A DNA stretch of 64,000 nt from Ignavibacteriota bacterium (GTDB lineage: Bacteria > Bacteroidota > Ignavibacteria > UBA10030): positions 3,328,001 through 3,392,000 of the forward strand of contig OY969585.1 in the NCBI GenBank assembly GCA_963701295.1, given 5' to 3'. Of this stretch, positions 19,249 to 28,985 are shown one piece after another. The position numbers were made by a program, and so were the translations under genes. Each line of letters opens with the position of its first letter. The stretch's first letter is position 1. The notes beneath the pieces are model-generated. The model had not been told where the DNA came from. It made no database searches and worked only from the letters and a program-made list of their open reading frames with translations.

Positions 19249-19863
19249 TCAAGCAACCATACGGACTGTCTGAATCTGCTCCGATTCTATCTCGATAATC
19301 TCAGGTGTCGGTTTGCTCGCCTGCAGTGCTCGAATCATATCTTCCATCTTTATCGGCTTTGTAATATAATCATTCATTCCGAGCGACAAATACTCTTCAC
19401 GATCACCATGTTGTGCATTAGCTGTCATCGCTACGATATTCGGTTGTTGATCAGACGGGAAATCTTTACGAATTAACATCGTCGCCTGCCGACCATCCAT
19501 TTCAGGCATTTCAGCGTCCATTAAAATCACGTCGTATGATCGGCGTTTGAGCGCGTCAATGACTTCAATTCCATTAAAAGCAACATCGGCGTGATACCCC
19601 AATTTTCTCAAAAACCAGAGCACGATTTTTATGTTGACGAGACTATCTTCTGCAAGTAATATTCTTAAGGGGTGCTTTCTTGCCATCTGCACGTCAAAAT
19701 CAGGGAGGTCGTGCATAGCTGTCCGCATTTGAGTACGTTCTGCTTGATATGTATCTTCAACCCGTGTTCGCTTGGTTTCAGATGTCTCTAGTTCACTGAC
19801 TTGGCATTGCGCTTCAGCCGCAATACTCAGAGTTTCTATGCTTATAGTCTCTGTCTGTTCCAT
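19249..19863 (-). CDS. Stand-alone response regulator (receiver with N-terminal extension)
   Basis: LRILLAED, DVILMD, PEMDG, AMTANA, KP; GGAGA RBS. Confidence 0.88.
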   Translation of the reverse strand: MEQTETISIETLSIAAEAQCQVSELETSETKRTRVEDTYQAERTQMRTAMHDLPDFDVQMARKHPLRILLAEDSLVNIKIVLWFLRKLGYHADVAFNGIEVIDALKRRSYDVILMDAEMPEMDGRQATMLIRKDFPSDQQPNIVAMTANAQHGDREEYLSLGMNDYITKPIKMEDMIRALQASKPTPEIIEIESEQIQTVRMVA

Positions 19864-20501
19864 AAAAAGTCTCCAATCTCTTATTTTGAATTTCAATATC
19901 TATGTTCTAAAAGGACAATTATAATGCCAACAAAGCCCCAAAAAAGAGTCTATAGGAATTGACTATTTTGCCCCATTTTATCGATTATTCATAGGAATTT
20001 CATATGCTGATCCTTAAGTAATTTGTAGAGTTTTCACTTTTATCTCGGTTTTGTAGGGCTTCCAGAAATATTGGATCAATAAAAATTCCTTATTAAGGTT
20101 GGTTTTAACAACTGTTGCGGAAAGAGGCTTTTTTCATTAATTCTTAACTTGTGCGGCAAAACGATATTCTCGCCATAACATTGACATGAACTTCGAAAAA
20201 GAAGTAAGCTTGAAATCAAAAAAAAGATAGGTGATGACGTGTTTTTTATAGAATCAGAAAATGTGCCGTAATATAAAGATAAAAGTTTGGTAGATGAAAA
20301 CTCTCCGATAAAAGTGTTCAAGCTTCAATTACTATAAATTTAACGTATCGTGCAATTTGAAAGAGTCGGAAGTTCGGGAGCTATTATGTACACCGCAAGC
20401 GGCGTGGATTTATCCCAGCAGTGTTTCAATACTTGTTCATATTCCCAACTGACCAGTAAGACGCGCCTATAACTACCATGCGGCATATGCTTTATGAATC
20501 T

Positions 20502-20960
20502 TTATAACTGCTGGATCTTAAATCGAATCCGTAAAGTACTATTTGCCCAATCGCTGGAAATGATCTTAAATTCTCCGATTTCCTTCGTTGAGGAAGCATG
20601 CACTCCACTGCATGGACAGGCATCGTAATCACCAACGTTGATGATGCGAACAGATTCTCCTGCATTTTGAGGAAGTTTTGTGAGTGAAACTATCTTTCCT
20701 GCTTCTTCCCGGGTTAGAATTCTCTCCAGAATCGGCAAATCAGATTTGATTATCTCATTTACCTTGCCTTCTATTCGAGTAATTTCTTCGGCGGTTAGAT
20801 TTCGTTCAAAATGGTAATCGCATTTCGATTTCTTCTTCTCAATGTGTGCGCTAAAAGCACGGCCACAATTGAACATCCGCACCATTGTTTGATTCAAAAT
20901 ATGTTCCGCCGAGTGCATTCGCGGATCGTATTCTTTTCGATTAGAAACGACCTGATTCAT
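20502..20960 (-). CDS. AlaX-like tRNA editing protein (tRNA_SAD domain)
   Basis: HSAEH and CSGVH zinc motifs. Confidence 0.85.
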   Translation of the reverse strand: MNQVVSNRKEYDPRMHSAEHILNQTMVRMFNCGRAFSAHIEKKKSKCDYHFERNLTAEEITRIEGKVNEIIKSDLPILERILTREEAGKIVSLTKLPQNAGESVRIINVGDYDACPCSGVHASSTKEIGEFKIISSDWANSTLRIRFKIQQL

Positions 20961-21159
20961 ATTTCGATTCCATGCTGTTGTTGTTTATTTTTCATATTCG
21001 TAGTGCAATATACAAGATTCTTCAGACATTTATGATAGATGAAAGAAGCCACAATCCTCTAATGTCACTCTTGCAACTTTAGAAATTATTTCGGAACCTG
21101 ATATCATACTATATACATTGCTCTTTGCGCAAGAATTTATCTTGAATATTTGAGGATGA

Positions 21160-21675
21160 ATGATGCCCCGTTCTGTTTCTGTTATCGGCTGGTCTACAAT
21201 CCTTATCTCGATCATTATGATTTTCACGGAATTTATAAGTTTATTTTCGAATCCAATGGAACAACTCAATATCGTTATCAGCACATTTCCACAAGTGCGA
21301 AATGGTATGGAATCCGTGACACAAATGATTCAATATAACCGCGTATGGTCAATCTATACAATTTTGTATTTTATATTTATTTTCGTCGGCGCAATTCAGT
21401 TTATCCGTTGCCATTCAATCGGACGAACAATCCTCGAGGTCGCCTGTTGGTTCGGAATGGTGAATGCCTGTGTAGATTCTTTGCTGAGCTACATACTCTG
21501 GGAAAAAATGCAGGCGGCTCTATCGTCTGTCATGGGAGCTATAGAAATGGGTTTAGGATACATCAATCCATTGGGAATATTTACAATCATCCTAGGTTTC
21601 TTGCTTTGGATCATTCCTTCCATTGGAATGATTTTATATCTACGAAGTCCAAAAATAAGAGCAATAATGAAATAG
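21160..21675 (+). CDS. Hypothetical membrane protein (about 4 TM)
   Basis: Four hydrophobic segments, basic C-terminus. Confidence 0.7.
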   Translation: MMPRSVSVIGWSTILISIIMIFTEFISLFSNPMEQLNIVISTFPQVRNGMESVTQMIQYNRVWSIYTILYFIFIFVGAIQFIRCHSIGRTILEVACWFGMVNACVDSLLSYILWEKMQAALSSVMGAIEMGLGYINPLGIFTIILGFLLWIIPSIGMILYLRSPKIRAIMK

Positions 21676-22614
21676 ATTTATTGTCCCAGTTGAAAAGAAT
21701 GCTGCATCCTGCCTCTGTATCAAAACATAAAAGGCCCATTCTATAACACTGTTTCGGAAAACTGAAACGGTATATCAATTACCTTCTCAGATATATTTTT
21801 GTTTGGAACTCTCTCCACTATACTTCTGTTTCATAAGGTAGTTGCAAGAAAACAAGGTATTTATGATGTATGATTCATTCAAAACGTGATTTTTAAATCT
21901 ATAAAGGAGAAGTAAATATGAAACTCACCATTCTCATGCTTATTCTTGTGAGTTCTATTACGCATGCTGAGATCATTGGCAAAGTGGTCGATTATACCGC
22001 TAACAATGTGGCATTAAAAGGATACATCGTTTATGATAATACTCTCAAGGAAAAGCGACCCGCCATTATAGTCGTTCATGAATGGTGGGGTGTTACGGAC
22101 TATCCAAAGAAAAGGGCAGAAATGCTTGCTTCTTTAGGTTATGTAGCCTTTGCCGTAGATATGTATGGCGATGGAAGAGTTGCAGATAATCCCGGTGATG
22201 CTCAGAAGTTTGCAGGCGAATCTATGAAAGACCCTGCCCTGTTAAAAGCGAAGTTCATGGCAGCAATAGAACTTCTTAAGAAGAATGAACATGTCGATTC
22301 GACACGTATTGCGGCAATCGGTTATTGTTATGGTGGTGGCGTTGTACTCAATATGGCACGTGCCGGAGTCGATCTTAAAGGGGTGGTGAGTTTTCACGGC
22401 AGCCTAACAACTACAACACCGGCCGAAAAAGGGAATGTGAAAGCGAAGATTCTTGTATGTAACGGCGGTGCTGATAAGTTCATTTCAAAGAACGATATCA
22501 AGAATTTCAAGCAAGAGATGAAAAAAGCAGACGTCGATTTCAAATTCCTTTCATACGAAGGAGCTTTGCATGCATTCACAAATCCTGCAGCAACTGAGCT
22601 GGGTAAAAAATTTA

Positions 22615-23443
22615 GGTAATTAGGTAGAAACGTAACCGAAATAGATTAGAGTAAAGAGTTTCAACAAATTGTCATCGCGATGGTTAAAACGATATTCAAC
22701 TTCTTTAAGATACATAGGAAAATGATATTTTGAAACACCGCGATAATTATATAAGACATGTTTAGCAAAAGACCAAAATCCTTCAATACCATTAATATGA
22801 TTCTTTGTTTTCGGAAATTTCTTTCCATGACTAATGGTATGATGTTTTCCAAAGCGTTTCAAGGAGCGATAACTACGAAAGGTGTCCGTGAAGTAGACCG
22901 ATCCTTTCTTGGTATGTTGTCGAATATGATCCATCAATTCATTGGCCGAGACAGAATCAACAACCTTAGTATAGACCCGTCCATTGCGCTCCAGAAGCCC
23001 AAAAACGATACTTTTTCCGCCTGCACCGCGTCCTCGTTTGCCTTTGCGACGACCACCAAAATACGCTTCGTCCAATTCTATTTCTCCTTTGAGCTTGCCA
23101 GCTTCAAGTTCGCTCACATGATAAATCGCTTCTCGAATGCGCTGATAGACTCTGGTAACAGTTTTATAATTTATTCCAAGATCATTTGCCAATCGATACG
23201 CCGGTTGCTGTTGATAAAAACCAAGAATGATTTTCAACTCTCGCCGAAGAAGATGACTTCCTTTTTGTCTTTGACACTTGTTGCATTTTACGTAGCCGCG
23301 TTTCGTTCGACAGACGTTGAACGATCCACAATACACACACTTCTTTCCACTCAAAAAGTTGTCATGGTAACTGATTTTACTGGAACTTGCCATAAAATAA
23401 TATACTTACAATTATTCTATGGTTACATTCTTACCTAATTACC
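22615..23443 (-). mobile_element. IS1595-family insertion sequence, 829 bp
   Basis: 23-bp terminal IRs matching at 20 of 23 (GGTAATTAGGTA...GTAACC); 8-bp TSD AAAATTTA at 22607-22614 and 23444-23451. Confidence 0.95.
22620..23393 (-). CDS. IS1595-family (ISXO2-like) transposase
   Basis: Zn ribbon CVYC...CNKC, IELDEAYFGG, RGRGA, TD, HINGIEGFWS, YLKEVEYRFN. Confidence 0.95.
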   Translation of the reverse strand: MASSSKISYHDNFLSGKKCVYCGSFNVCRTKRGYVKCNKCQRQKGSHLLRRELKIILGFYQQQPAYRLANDLGINYKTVTRVYQRIREAIYHVSELEAGKLKGEIELDEAYFGGRRKGKRGRGAGGKSIVFGLLERNGRVYTKVVDSVSANELMDHIRQHTKKGSVYFTDTFRSYRSLKRFGKHHTISHGKKFPKTKNHINGIEGFWSFAKHVLYNYRGVSKYHFPMYLKEVEYRFNHRDDNLLKLFTLIYFGYVST

Positions 23444-23690
23444 AAAATTTAATATGCCAATTGCATATAATGAAAGTGGTGATAAGAAATCTTGGAAAGA
23501 AATGCGGAGGTTCCTTAAAGCAATTTTCAAAAATTAGACTAAGTTTGGGGAAAAGAAATCACACCTACCTCCTTCAGCACCTTTTCTCCACCTGCATCCA
23601 TTATCATTTATTGTACGAATGATTTGGACTGTAGATTCTTAGGCAATATTTTCAGATTTTATTTTATCAATAATTAATTATGAATGGACT

Positions 23691-24842
23691 ATGAATATAA
23701 TAATTCCAAAAGAAACAGATTCTGAGCGGCGTGTTTCGATGCTGCCACAGAATATCGAAAAACTCTCCAAGAAAGGTGCAAAGATTACTGTCGAATCAGG
23801 TCTTGGCAGAACACTCGGCATTTCGGATATTGATTACACAAAAGCCGGTGCTTTGATAGAGAAGAATCGAAAAAAGCTTCTGGCTTCCGGGAATATTATC
23901 TTGCGGTTGAGGAAACCCGATTTAAAAGAGGTTACTTCATTGGGAAAAGGGTCGATTCATGTAAGTTACCTCGATCCGTTCAATGATCCCAAACTTCTTG
24001 AATCGCTCGCCAAACAGCATGTTTCGGCAATCTCCATGGAAATGATTCCGCGTTCAACTCGTGCACAAAAAATGGATGCGTTAAGTTCGCAGGCAAGTCT
24101 GGCTGGTTACGCTGCAGTCGTTCTTGCCGCAAGCAATTTATATAAAATCTTTCCAATGATGATGACCCCGGCGGGCACACTTCAGCCATCTCGAGTGTTT
24201 ATCATCGGTGCAGGCGTTGCAGGATTACAGGCAATTGCTACTGCACGCCGACTCGGAGCGAAGGTTGATGCATTCGATACACGTCCTGTTGCTAAAAACG
24301 ATGTCCTTTCGCTCGGTGCAAAATTTGTTGAAGTCGATCTCGGTGAAACCGGACAAACAGCACAGGGATATGCAAAAGGATTAACAGAGGAACAGCTGAA
24401 AAAACAACGCGACGTCATGAAGCAATATTGCGCACAGGCGGATATAGTCATCACAACAGCACAAGTATTCGGCCGCAAAGCTCCGGTTATTGTAACAAAA
24501 GAGATGGTCGCAGCAATGAAACCCGGTTCCGTTGTTGTTGACCTTGCCATCGAAACAGGCGGAAATGTTGAAGGCGTAGCCCTTAACAAAACCATTGAGA
24601 AAAATGGCGTGAAGATTATTGGAATGGCGAACATGCCAGCGCGTGTCGCACTGCACGCAAGCCAGATGTATTCCAACAATCTCACTAATTTGATTGACGA
24701 GTTTTGGAACCAAGAGAAAAAAAGCTTCGAACTAAAACTTGAGGATGACATTATCAAAAGCTGTCTCATTACACATGGCGGCGCTATCATTCATCCAACT
24801 TTTGCACAACCAAAAAAAGAAAAGAAACCTCACAAAGGATAA
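23691..24842 (+). CDS. pntAA: NAD(P) transhydrogenase alpha subunit part 1 (dI)
   Basis: RAQKMDALSSQ, GAGVAGLQA, DLAIETGGN. Confidence 0.95.
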   Translation: MNIIIPKETDSERRVSMLPQNIEKLSKKGAKITVESGLGRTLGISDIDYTKAGALIEKNRKKLLASGNIILRLRKPDLKEVTSLGKGSIHVSYLDPFNDPKLLESLAKQHVSAISMEMIPRSTRAQKMDALSSQASLAGYAAVVLAASNLYKIFPMMMTPAGTLQPSRVFIIGAGVAGLQAIATARRLGAKVDAFDTRPVAKNDVLSLGAKFVEVDLGETGQTAQGYAKGLTEEQLKKQRDVMKQYCAQADIVITTAQVFGRKAPVIVTKEMVAAMKPGSVVVDLAIETGGNVEGVALNKTIEKNGVKIIGMANMPARVALHASQMYSNNLTNLIDEFWNQEKKSFELKLEDDIIKSCLITHGGAIIHPTFAQPKKEKKPHKG

Positions 24843-24848
24843 TACGTT

Positions 24849-25139
24849 ATGTTCTCCCTTATTGAATCATTTTACATACTTCTCCTCGCCGGATTTGTCG
24901 GATTTGAAGTTATTAAACGCGTAACACCGACATTGCATACACCGCTTATGTCCGCCACCAATGCAATTTCCGGAATCTCACTTGTCGGTTCGTTAGTCGC
25001 AGCCGGAAGCGATCAGTTCGTCAGTCAAATGCTTGGACTTGTGGCAGTCACTGCCGCTACTATCAACGTCGTCGGTGGATTTTTAATTACCGAACGCATG
25101 TTGAAAATGTTCAAGCGAAAGGAACGGAAACAGCAATGA
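24849..25139 (+). CDS. pntAB: NAD(P) transhydrogenase alpha subunit part 2
   Basis: LHTPLMSATNAISG, NVVGGFLITERML. Confidence 0.95.
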   Translation: MFSLIESFYILLLAGFVGFEVIKRVTPTLHTPLMSATNAISGISLVGSLVAAGSDQFVSQMLGLVAVTAATINVVGGFLITERMLKMFKRKERKQQ

Positions 25140-26512
25140 CGAACTATCTGCTCGAAATTACATATATCATCGCATCGGTCCTCTTCATTCTTGGATTAAA
25201 GGGACTCAGCCATCCAGAATCGGCACGCCGAGGCATGCATCTTGCTGAAATTGGAATGCTCTTGGCGGTGATCGGCACACTGCTCGGCAAAGGTATTGTT
25301 ACATGGGAATGGATACTCATCGGACTTGTGGTTGGTTCAGCTATTGGTACAGCAATGTCTATATTTATGCCGATGACTGCAATGCCACAGCGGATTGCAC
25401 TCTCCCACGCTTTTGGTGCGCTAGCCGCAGTGCTGGTTGGTATAAATGAATTTATTGTTAAGGGACATGAAATTACAAGCGGGCTCATGGGAGCGCTGGG
25501 ATTTGAAGTGCTCTTCGGCTCGCTCACGGTAACCGGTAGTCTCATGGCGTTTGGCAAGCTGCAAGGAATTGTCAAAAGTGCCCCGATGACATACAAAGGT
25601 CAAAATTTTTTCAATGTCTCGCTGTTTTTTATTACGGTAGGAATGTTCATTTTTCTCGTCTTCTTCCCGCAAAACTCAATCGTCTTTGGTACTATGATTG
25701 CACTTTCGTTTCTCATCGGTATTTTTATTGTGCTGCCTATTGGCGGAGCAGATATGCCAGTGGTCTTATCTCTGATGAACTCATACGCCGGACTTGCCGC
25801 TGCAGCAACAGGATTCGCAATCAACAACAAGGTTTTGATCATCGCTGGCTCACTCGATGGTTCATCTGGATTTATTCTATCTATTATTATGAGCAAAGCG
25901 ATGAACCGTTCGTTCGCAAATGTTCTTTTTGGTGCGGTAGGTACTCCTCAAGTCGATACATCCAGCCTTCATGAGGACAGACCGATTACTCGGTTTAACG
26001 TGGAAGATGCAAAATTCGCTCTTGAACAAGCAGAGCGTGTTGTTATTGTACCAGGATATGGAATGGCCGTTGCGCAAGCACAATATGCAGTTCGTGAGTT
26101 GAGTGATGAATTGGAAAAACGCGGCATCAAAGTCGAGTTTGCCATCCATCCCGTTGCCGGTCGTATGCCTGGACATATGAATGTTCTGCTTGCCGAAGCA
26201 AATGTATCGTATGACCAACTTCTTGAGATGGAAATAATCAATCCCACGATGGACACGGTGGATGTATGTATTGTCATCGGCGCAAACGACGTTGTTAATC
26301 CGGCAGCACGCACAGATAAAGGAAGCCCAATCTATGGAATGCCGATCATTGATGTAGACAAAGCAAAAACTGTCATAGTGATGAAACGTTCGATGGCAAC
26401 TGGTTTTGCAGGCATTGAGAATCCGCTTTTCTATCAGGAAAACACAAAAATGCTCTTCGGCGATGCAAAGAATGTTTTGCAGCAATTAATTGCGGAGTTT
26501 AAAAAGAACTAA
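25136..26512 (+). CDS. pntB: NAD(P) transhydrogenase beta subunit
   Basis: IGGADMPVV, AMNRS, HPVAGRMPGHMNVLLAEA. Confidence 0.96.
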   Translation: MTNYLLEITYIIASVLFILGLKGLSHPESARRGMHLAEIGMLLAVIGTLLGKGIVTWEWILIGLVVGSAIGTAMSIFMPMTAMPQRIALSHAFGALAAVLVGINEFIVKGHEITSGLMGALGFEVLFGSLTVTGSLMAFGKLQGIVKSAPMTYKGQNFFNVSLFFITVGMFIFLVFFPQNSIVFGTMIALSFLIGIFIVLPIGGADMPVVLSLMNSYAGLAAAATGFAINNKVLIIAGSLDGSSGFILSIIMSKAMNRSFANVLFGAVGTPQVDTSSLHEDRPITRFNVEDAKFALEQAERVVIVPGYGMAVAQAQYAVRELSDELEKRGIKVEFAIHPVAGRMPGHMNVLLAEANVSYDQLLEMEIINPTMDTVDVCIVIGANDVVNPAARTDKGSPIYGMPIIDVDKAKTVIVMKRSMATGFAGIENPLFYQENTKMLFGDAKNVLQQLIAEFKKN

Positions 26513-26568
26513 GGTATTACGAACTGGAGCCCGCATAAGAGTAGATTCCAGTTATTACAAAAAAAGCG

Positions 26569-26600
26569 GCGCCCGATCTAATACGATTGGGCGTTTTATT
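26569..26600 (+). terminator. Probable intrinsic terminator after pntB
   Basis: CGCCCGATC...GATTGGGCG stem followed by TTTTATT. Confidence 0.6.
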
Positions 26601-26683
26601 AAGTGCTATCCGTATTCTTCTCATTACCACTAAAGAATTTTCCGTATATTACCATGGTCTTTTTCATACTTTGAAAGTATAAA

Positions 26684-27769
26684 ATGCAAATAGGTATTGT
26701 CGGTCTGCCATTTTCCGGAAAATCTACTCTGTTCCAAACCATTACCAAAACACACCTTGACGCTTCAGCGCTTGCAAAGGTAGAAACGCACCATGCCATT
26801 GTAAAAATTTCGGATGCTCGTCTTGACAAGTGTGTCGAAATCTTCGTTCCGAAGAACACTGTTCATGCTGCTATCGAATTTGTCGATGTCGTTGGATTGA
26901 AAAAGGGCGAGTCAGGATCAACGCAGTTTACCACTAATTTTTTATCCAATGTGAAATCAAACGACGCACTGGTACAGGTTGTCCGATTATTCACCAACGA
27001 GATTGTTCCCCATCCAGACGGTTCCATCAATGCACTACGAGATATTGATTCGTTCGAAACGGAGTTCATTCTTTCTGATCTCTCCCTTGTCGAAACACGC
27101 ATCGAGCGCATTAAGAAACAGCTTATGAAAATGCAGGATGAACTTGTAAAGCGAGAATTGCCGGTGTTAGAGAAGTGCAAACAGATTCTCGACAGTGAAA
27201 AACCATTACGAGAAACGGAATTCTCAAAAGACGAGATACATCTACTCAAAACCTACCAATTTCTTTCAATAAAACCGATGCTCATTGCATTAAACTTCGA
27301 TGAGGCACAGCGAAATGAGACAGAACAATATGTAAAACTCATTTCTGAAAAGAAAAAAGGAAAAAACACAAAGATTGTTTCCTTTTTCGGCAAAATCGAA
27401 ATGGAGGTGTCCGAACTGCCCGATGACGAAGCAAAAGTCTTTATGGAAGAATACGGTATCAAGGAGTCGGCGCTCAATACACTGATTCATGAAGCGTACG
27501 CCCTGCTCGGACTTCATTCTTTCTTCACCGTTGGTGAAGACGAATGCAGAGCATGGACGATCAAGAACGGGATGACTGCGCAAGAAGCGGCTGGCGTGAT
27601 CCATTCTGATTTTTTTGCCAAGTTTATCCGCGCTGAAGTAGTTCATTATGACCACTTCATCACAGCAGGGGGATCATTCGCCAAAACAAAAGAGTCCGGA
27701 CAATGGAGACTCGAAGGAAAAGAATATATTGTAAAGGATGGAGATATTATTTCGATCAGACACAGCTAA
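26684..27769 (+). CDS. ychF: Redox-regulated ATPase YchF
   Basis: GIVGLPFSGKSTLF, FFTVGEDECRAW, AAGVIHSDF, EGKEYIVKDGD. Confidence 0.95.
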   Translation: MQIGIVGLPFSGKSTLFQTITKTHLDASALAKVETHHAIVKISDARLDKCVEIFVPKNTVHAAIEFVDVVGLKKGESGSTQFTTNFLSNVKSNDALVQVVRLFTNEIVPHPDGSINALRDIDSFETEFILSDLSLVETRIERIKKQLMKMQDELVKRELPVLEKCKQILDSEKPLRETEFSKDEIHLLKTYQFLSIKPMLIALNFDEAQRNETEQYVKLISEKKKGKNTKIVSFFGKIEMEVSELPDDEAKVFMEEYGIKESALNTLIHEAYALLGLHSFFTVGEDECRAWTIKNGMTAQEAAGVIHSDFFAKFIRAEVVHYDHFITAGGSFAKTKESGQWRLEGKEYIVKDGDIISIRHS

Positions 27770-27812
27770 GTTTAGTGATTTTTTCTTTATTCACTCAATC
27801 CGAGAAAAAAGC

Positions 27813-28523
27813 ATGGGCAGAATATATGAAACACGAAAATATGTAATGTTCGCGCGTTTTGCGCGTATGTCAAAAGCTTTTAACAGAATCGCACGCGATA
27901 TCAACGTTGCGGTCAAATTAGGCGGACCAGATCCAAAAGCCAATTCGCGGCTTCGCATCGCAATGCAGAATGCAAAAAGCGTCAACATGCCGAAGGATCG
28001 CGTTGAAGCTGCTATTAAACGCGCCTCGCAAAAAGATACTACAGGTTACGAAGAAATTATATATGAAGGGTATGCACCTCACGGTATTGCTATCGTTGTC
28101 GAATGCACGACCGATAACCCAACACGTACTGTCGCAAACATCCGGCATTATTTTTCTAAAGGCGGCGGATCACTAGGTTCTTCCGGCTCCCTAATGTTTA
28201 TGTTTGAACGCAAGGGACTCATTCGAATCAATGCTTCAAAAATACCAGATATTGATGAGTTCGAACTTGAATTGATTGATCATGGATTAGATGATCTTGT
28301 TCAACATGAACAGGCATTACTGATCTATACTTCTTTTCAAGATTACGGCAAAATGTTGAAATATTTTGAAGAAAAAGGAATTGAGGTTATCAGCTCTGAG
28401 CTTCAATATCTTCCCTCAACGACTAAAGAATTATCCGAAGAACAAGCAAAGGAAGTAAAGGAACTGCTGGATAAAATCGAAGACGACGACGATGTACAGT
28501 CGGTCTTTCATAATATGGTGTAA
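27813..28523 (+). CDS. yebC: YebC/PmpR family protein
   Basis: GGPDP..N.RLR, YEGYAPHG, TDNPTRT, DDDDVQSVFHN. Confidence 0.95.
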   Translation: MGRIYETRKYVMFARFARMSKAFNRIARDINVAVKLGGPDPKANSRLRIAMQNAKSVNMPKDRVEAAIKRASQKDTTGYEEIIYEGYAPHGIAIVVECTTDNPTRTVANIRHYFSKGGGSLGSSGSLMFMFERKGLIRINASKIPDIDEFELELIDHGLDDLVQHEQALLIYTSFQDYGKMLKYFEEKGIEVISSELQYLPSTTKELSEEQAKEVKELLDKIEDDDDVQSVFHNMV

Positions 28524-28930
28524 AAGTTTTTGCTTTTGTAAGGGCATATGGCGACACGTCCCTACGAAGATTTTCCCTTCACAATTTTTATCTCTTCTTC
28601 CGTTTTATATTGTAATACTCATGAAAGCAAGCACATTACTTTAACGGAAAGTGAGATTTCCATTAAAAGCTGTCCAGAGTAATGGACATAATCTCATTTT
28701 GATTCTTCAAATTAAAATGAACATATGAAAAGGATAAAACAAACAGGCTTGACAACTTTTTAAGTTGTCACAATTTCAATTTTTAGAAGTAACTTGACAG
28801 AACTATCCGATGATAATAAGGCATCATAGAAATCCTGCTTTGTGTATCAAGAAACATACAATATGGACAGAGTTATAGACAATCAAACGAAAAAAATCCC
28901 GCAATCCAGTCCATATATGAACACTTCTGA

Positions 28931-28946
28931 TGGCACGTTGCTTGCT
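28931..28946 (+). promoter_or_regulatory. Sigma-54 (-24/-12) promoter
   Basis: TGGCACG-TTGC-TTGCT, a perfect consensus match 40 nt before the ATG at 28986. Confidence 0.8.
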
Positions 28947-28985
28947 TTTATTCCTAACAAGTGAAAGCTTAATGCAAGGTGCATC

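Larger units (their letters stand above)
21918..23537 (+). pseudogene. Dienelactone hydrolase interrupted by an IS
   Basis: HEWWG, GYCYGG, HAFTNP; removing the IS and one TSD copy restores ...GKKF-NMPIAYNESGDKKSWKEMRRFLKAIFKN* ending at 23537. Confidence 0.92.

Noticed and set aside
21805-21830. GGAAC-N17-TGTT ECF-like promoter before the dienelactone hydrolase
   Set aside because: Short motif with a single occurrence; chance match not excluded.
22758-23438. 226-aa plus-strand ORF inside the IS
   Set aside because: Antisense shadow of the transposase with no recognisable motifs; other short overlapping ORFs in the track were dismissed for the same reason.
28538-28567. GTAAGGG...CCCTAC REP-like hairpin after yebC
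   Set aside because: Single degenerate copy; may simply be a terminator-like stem.
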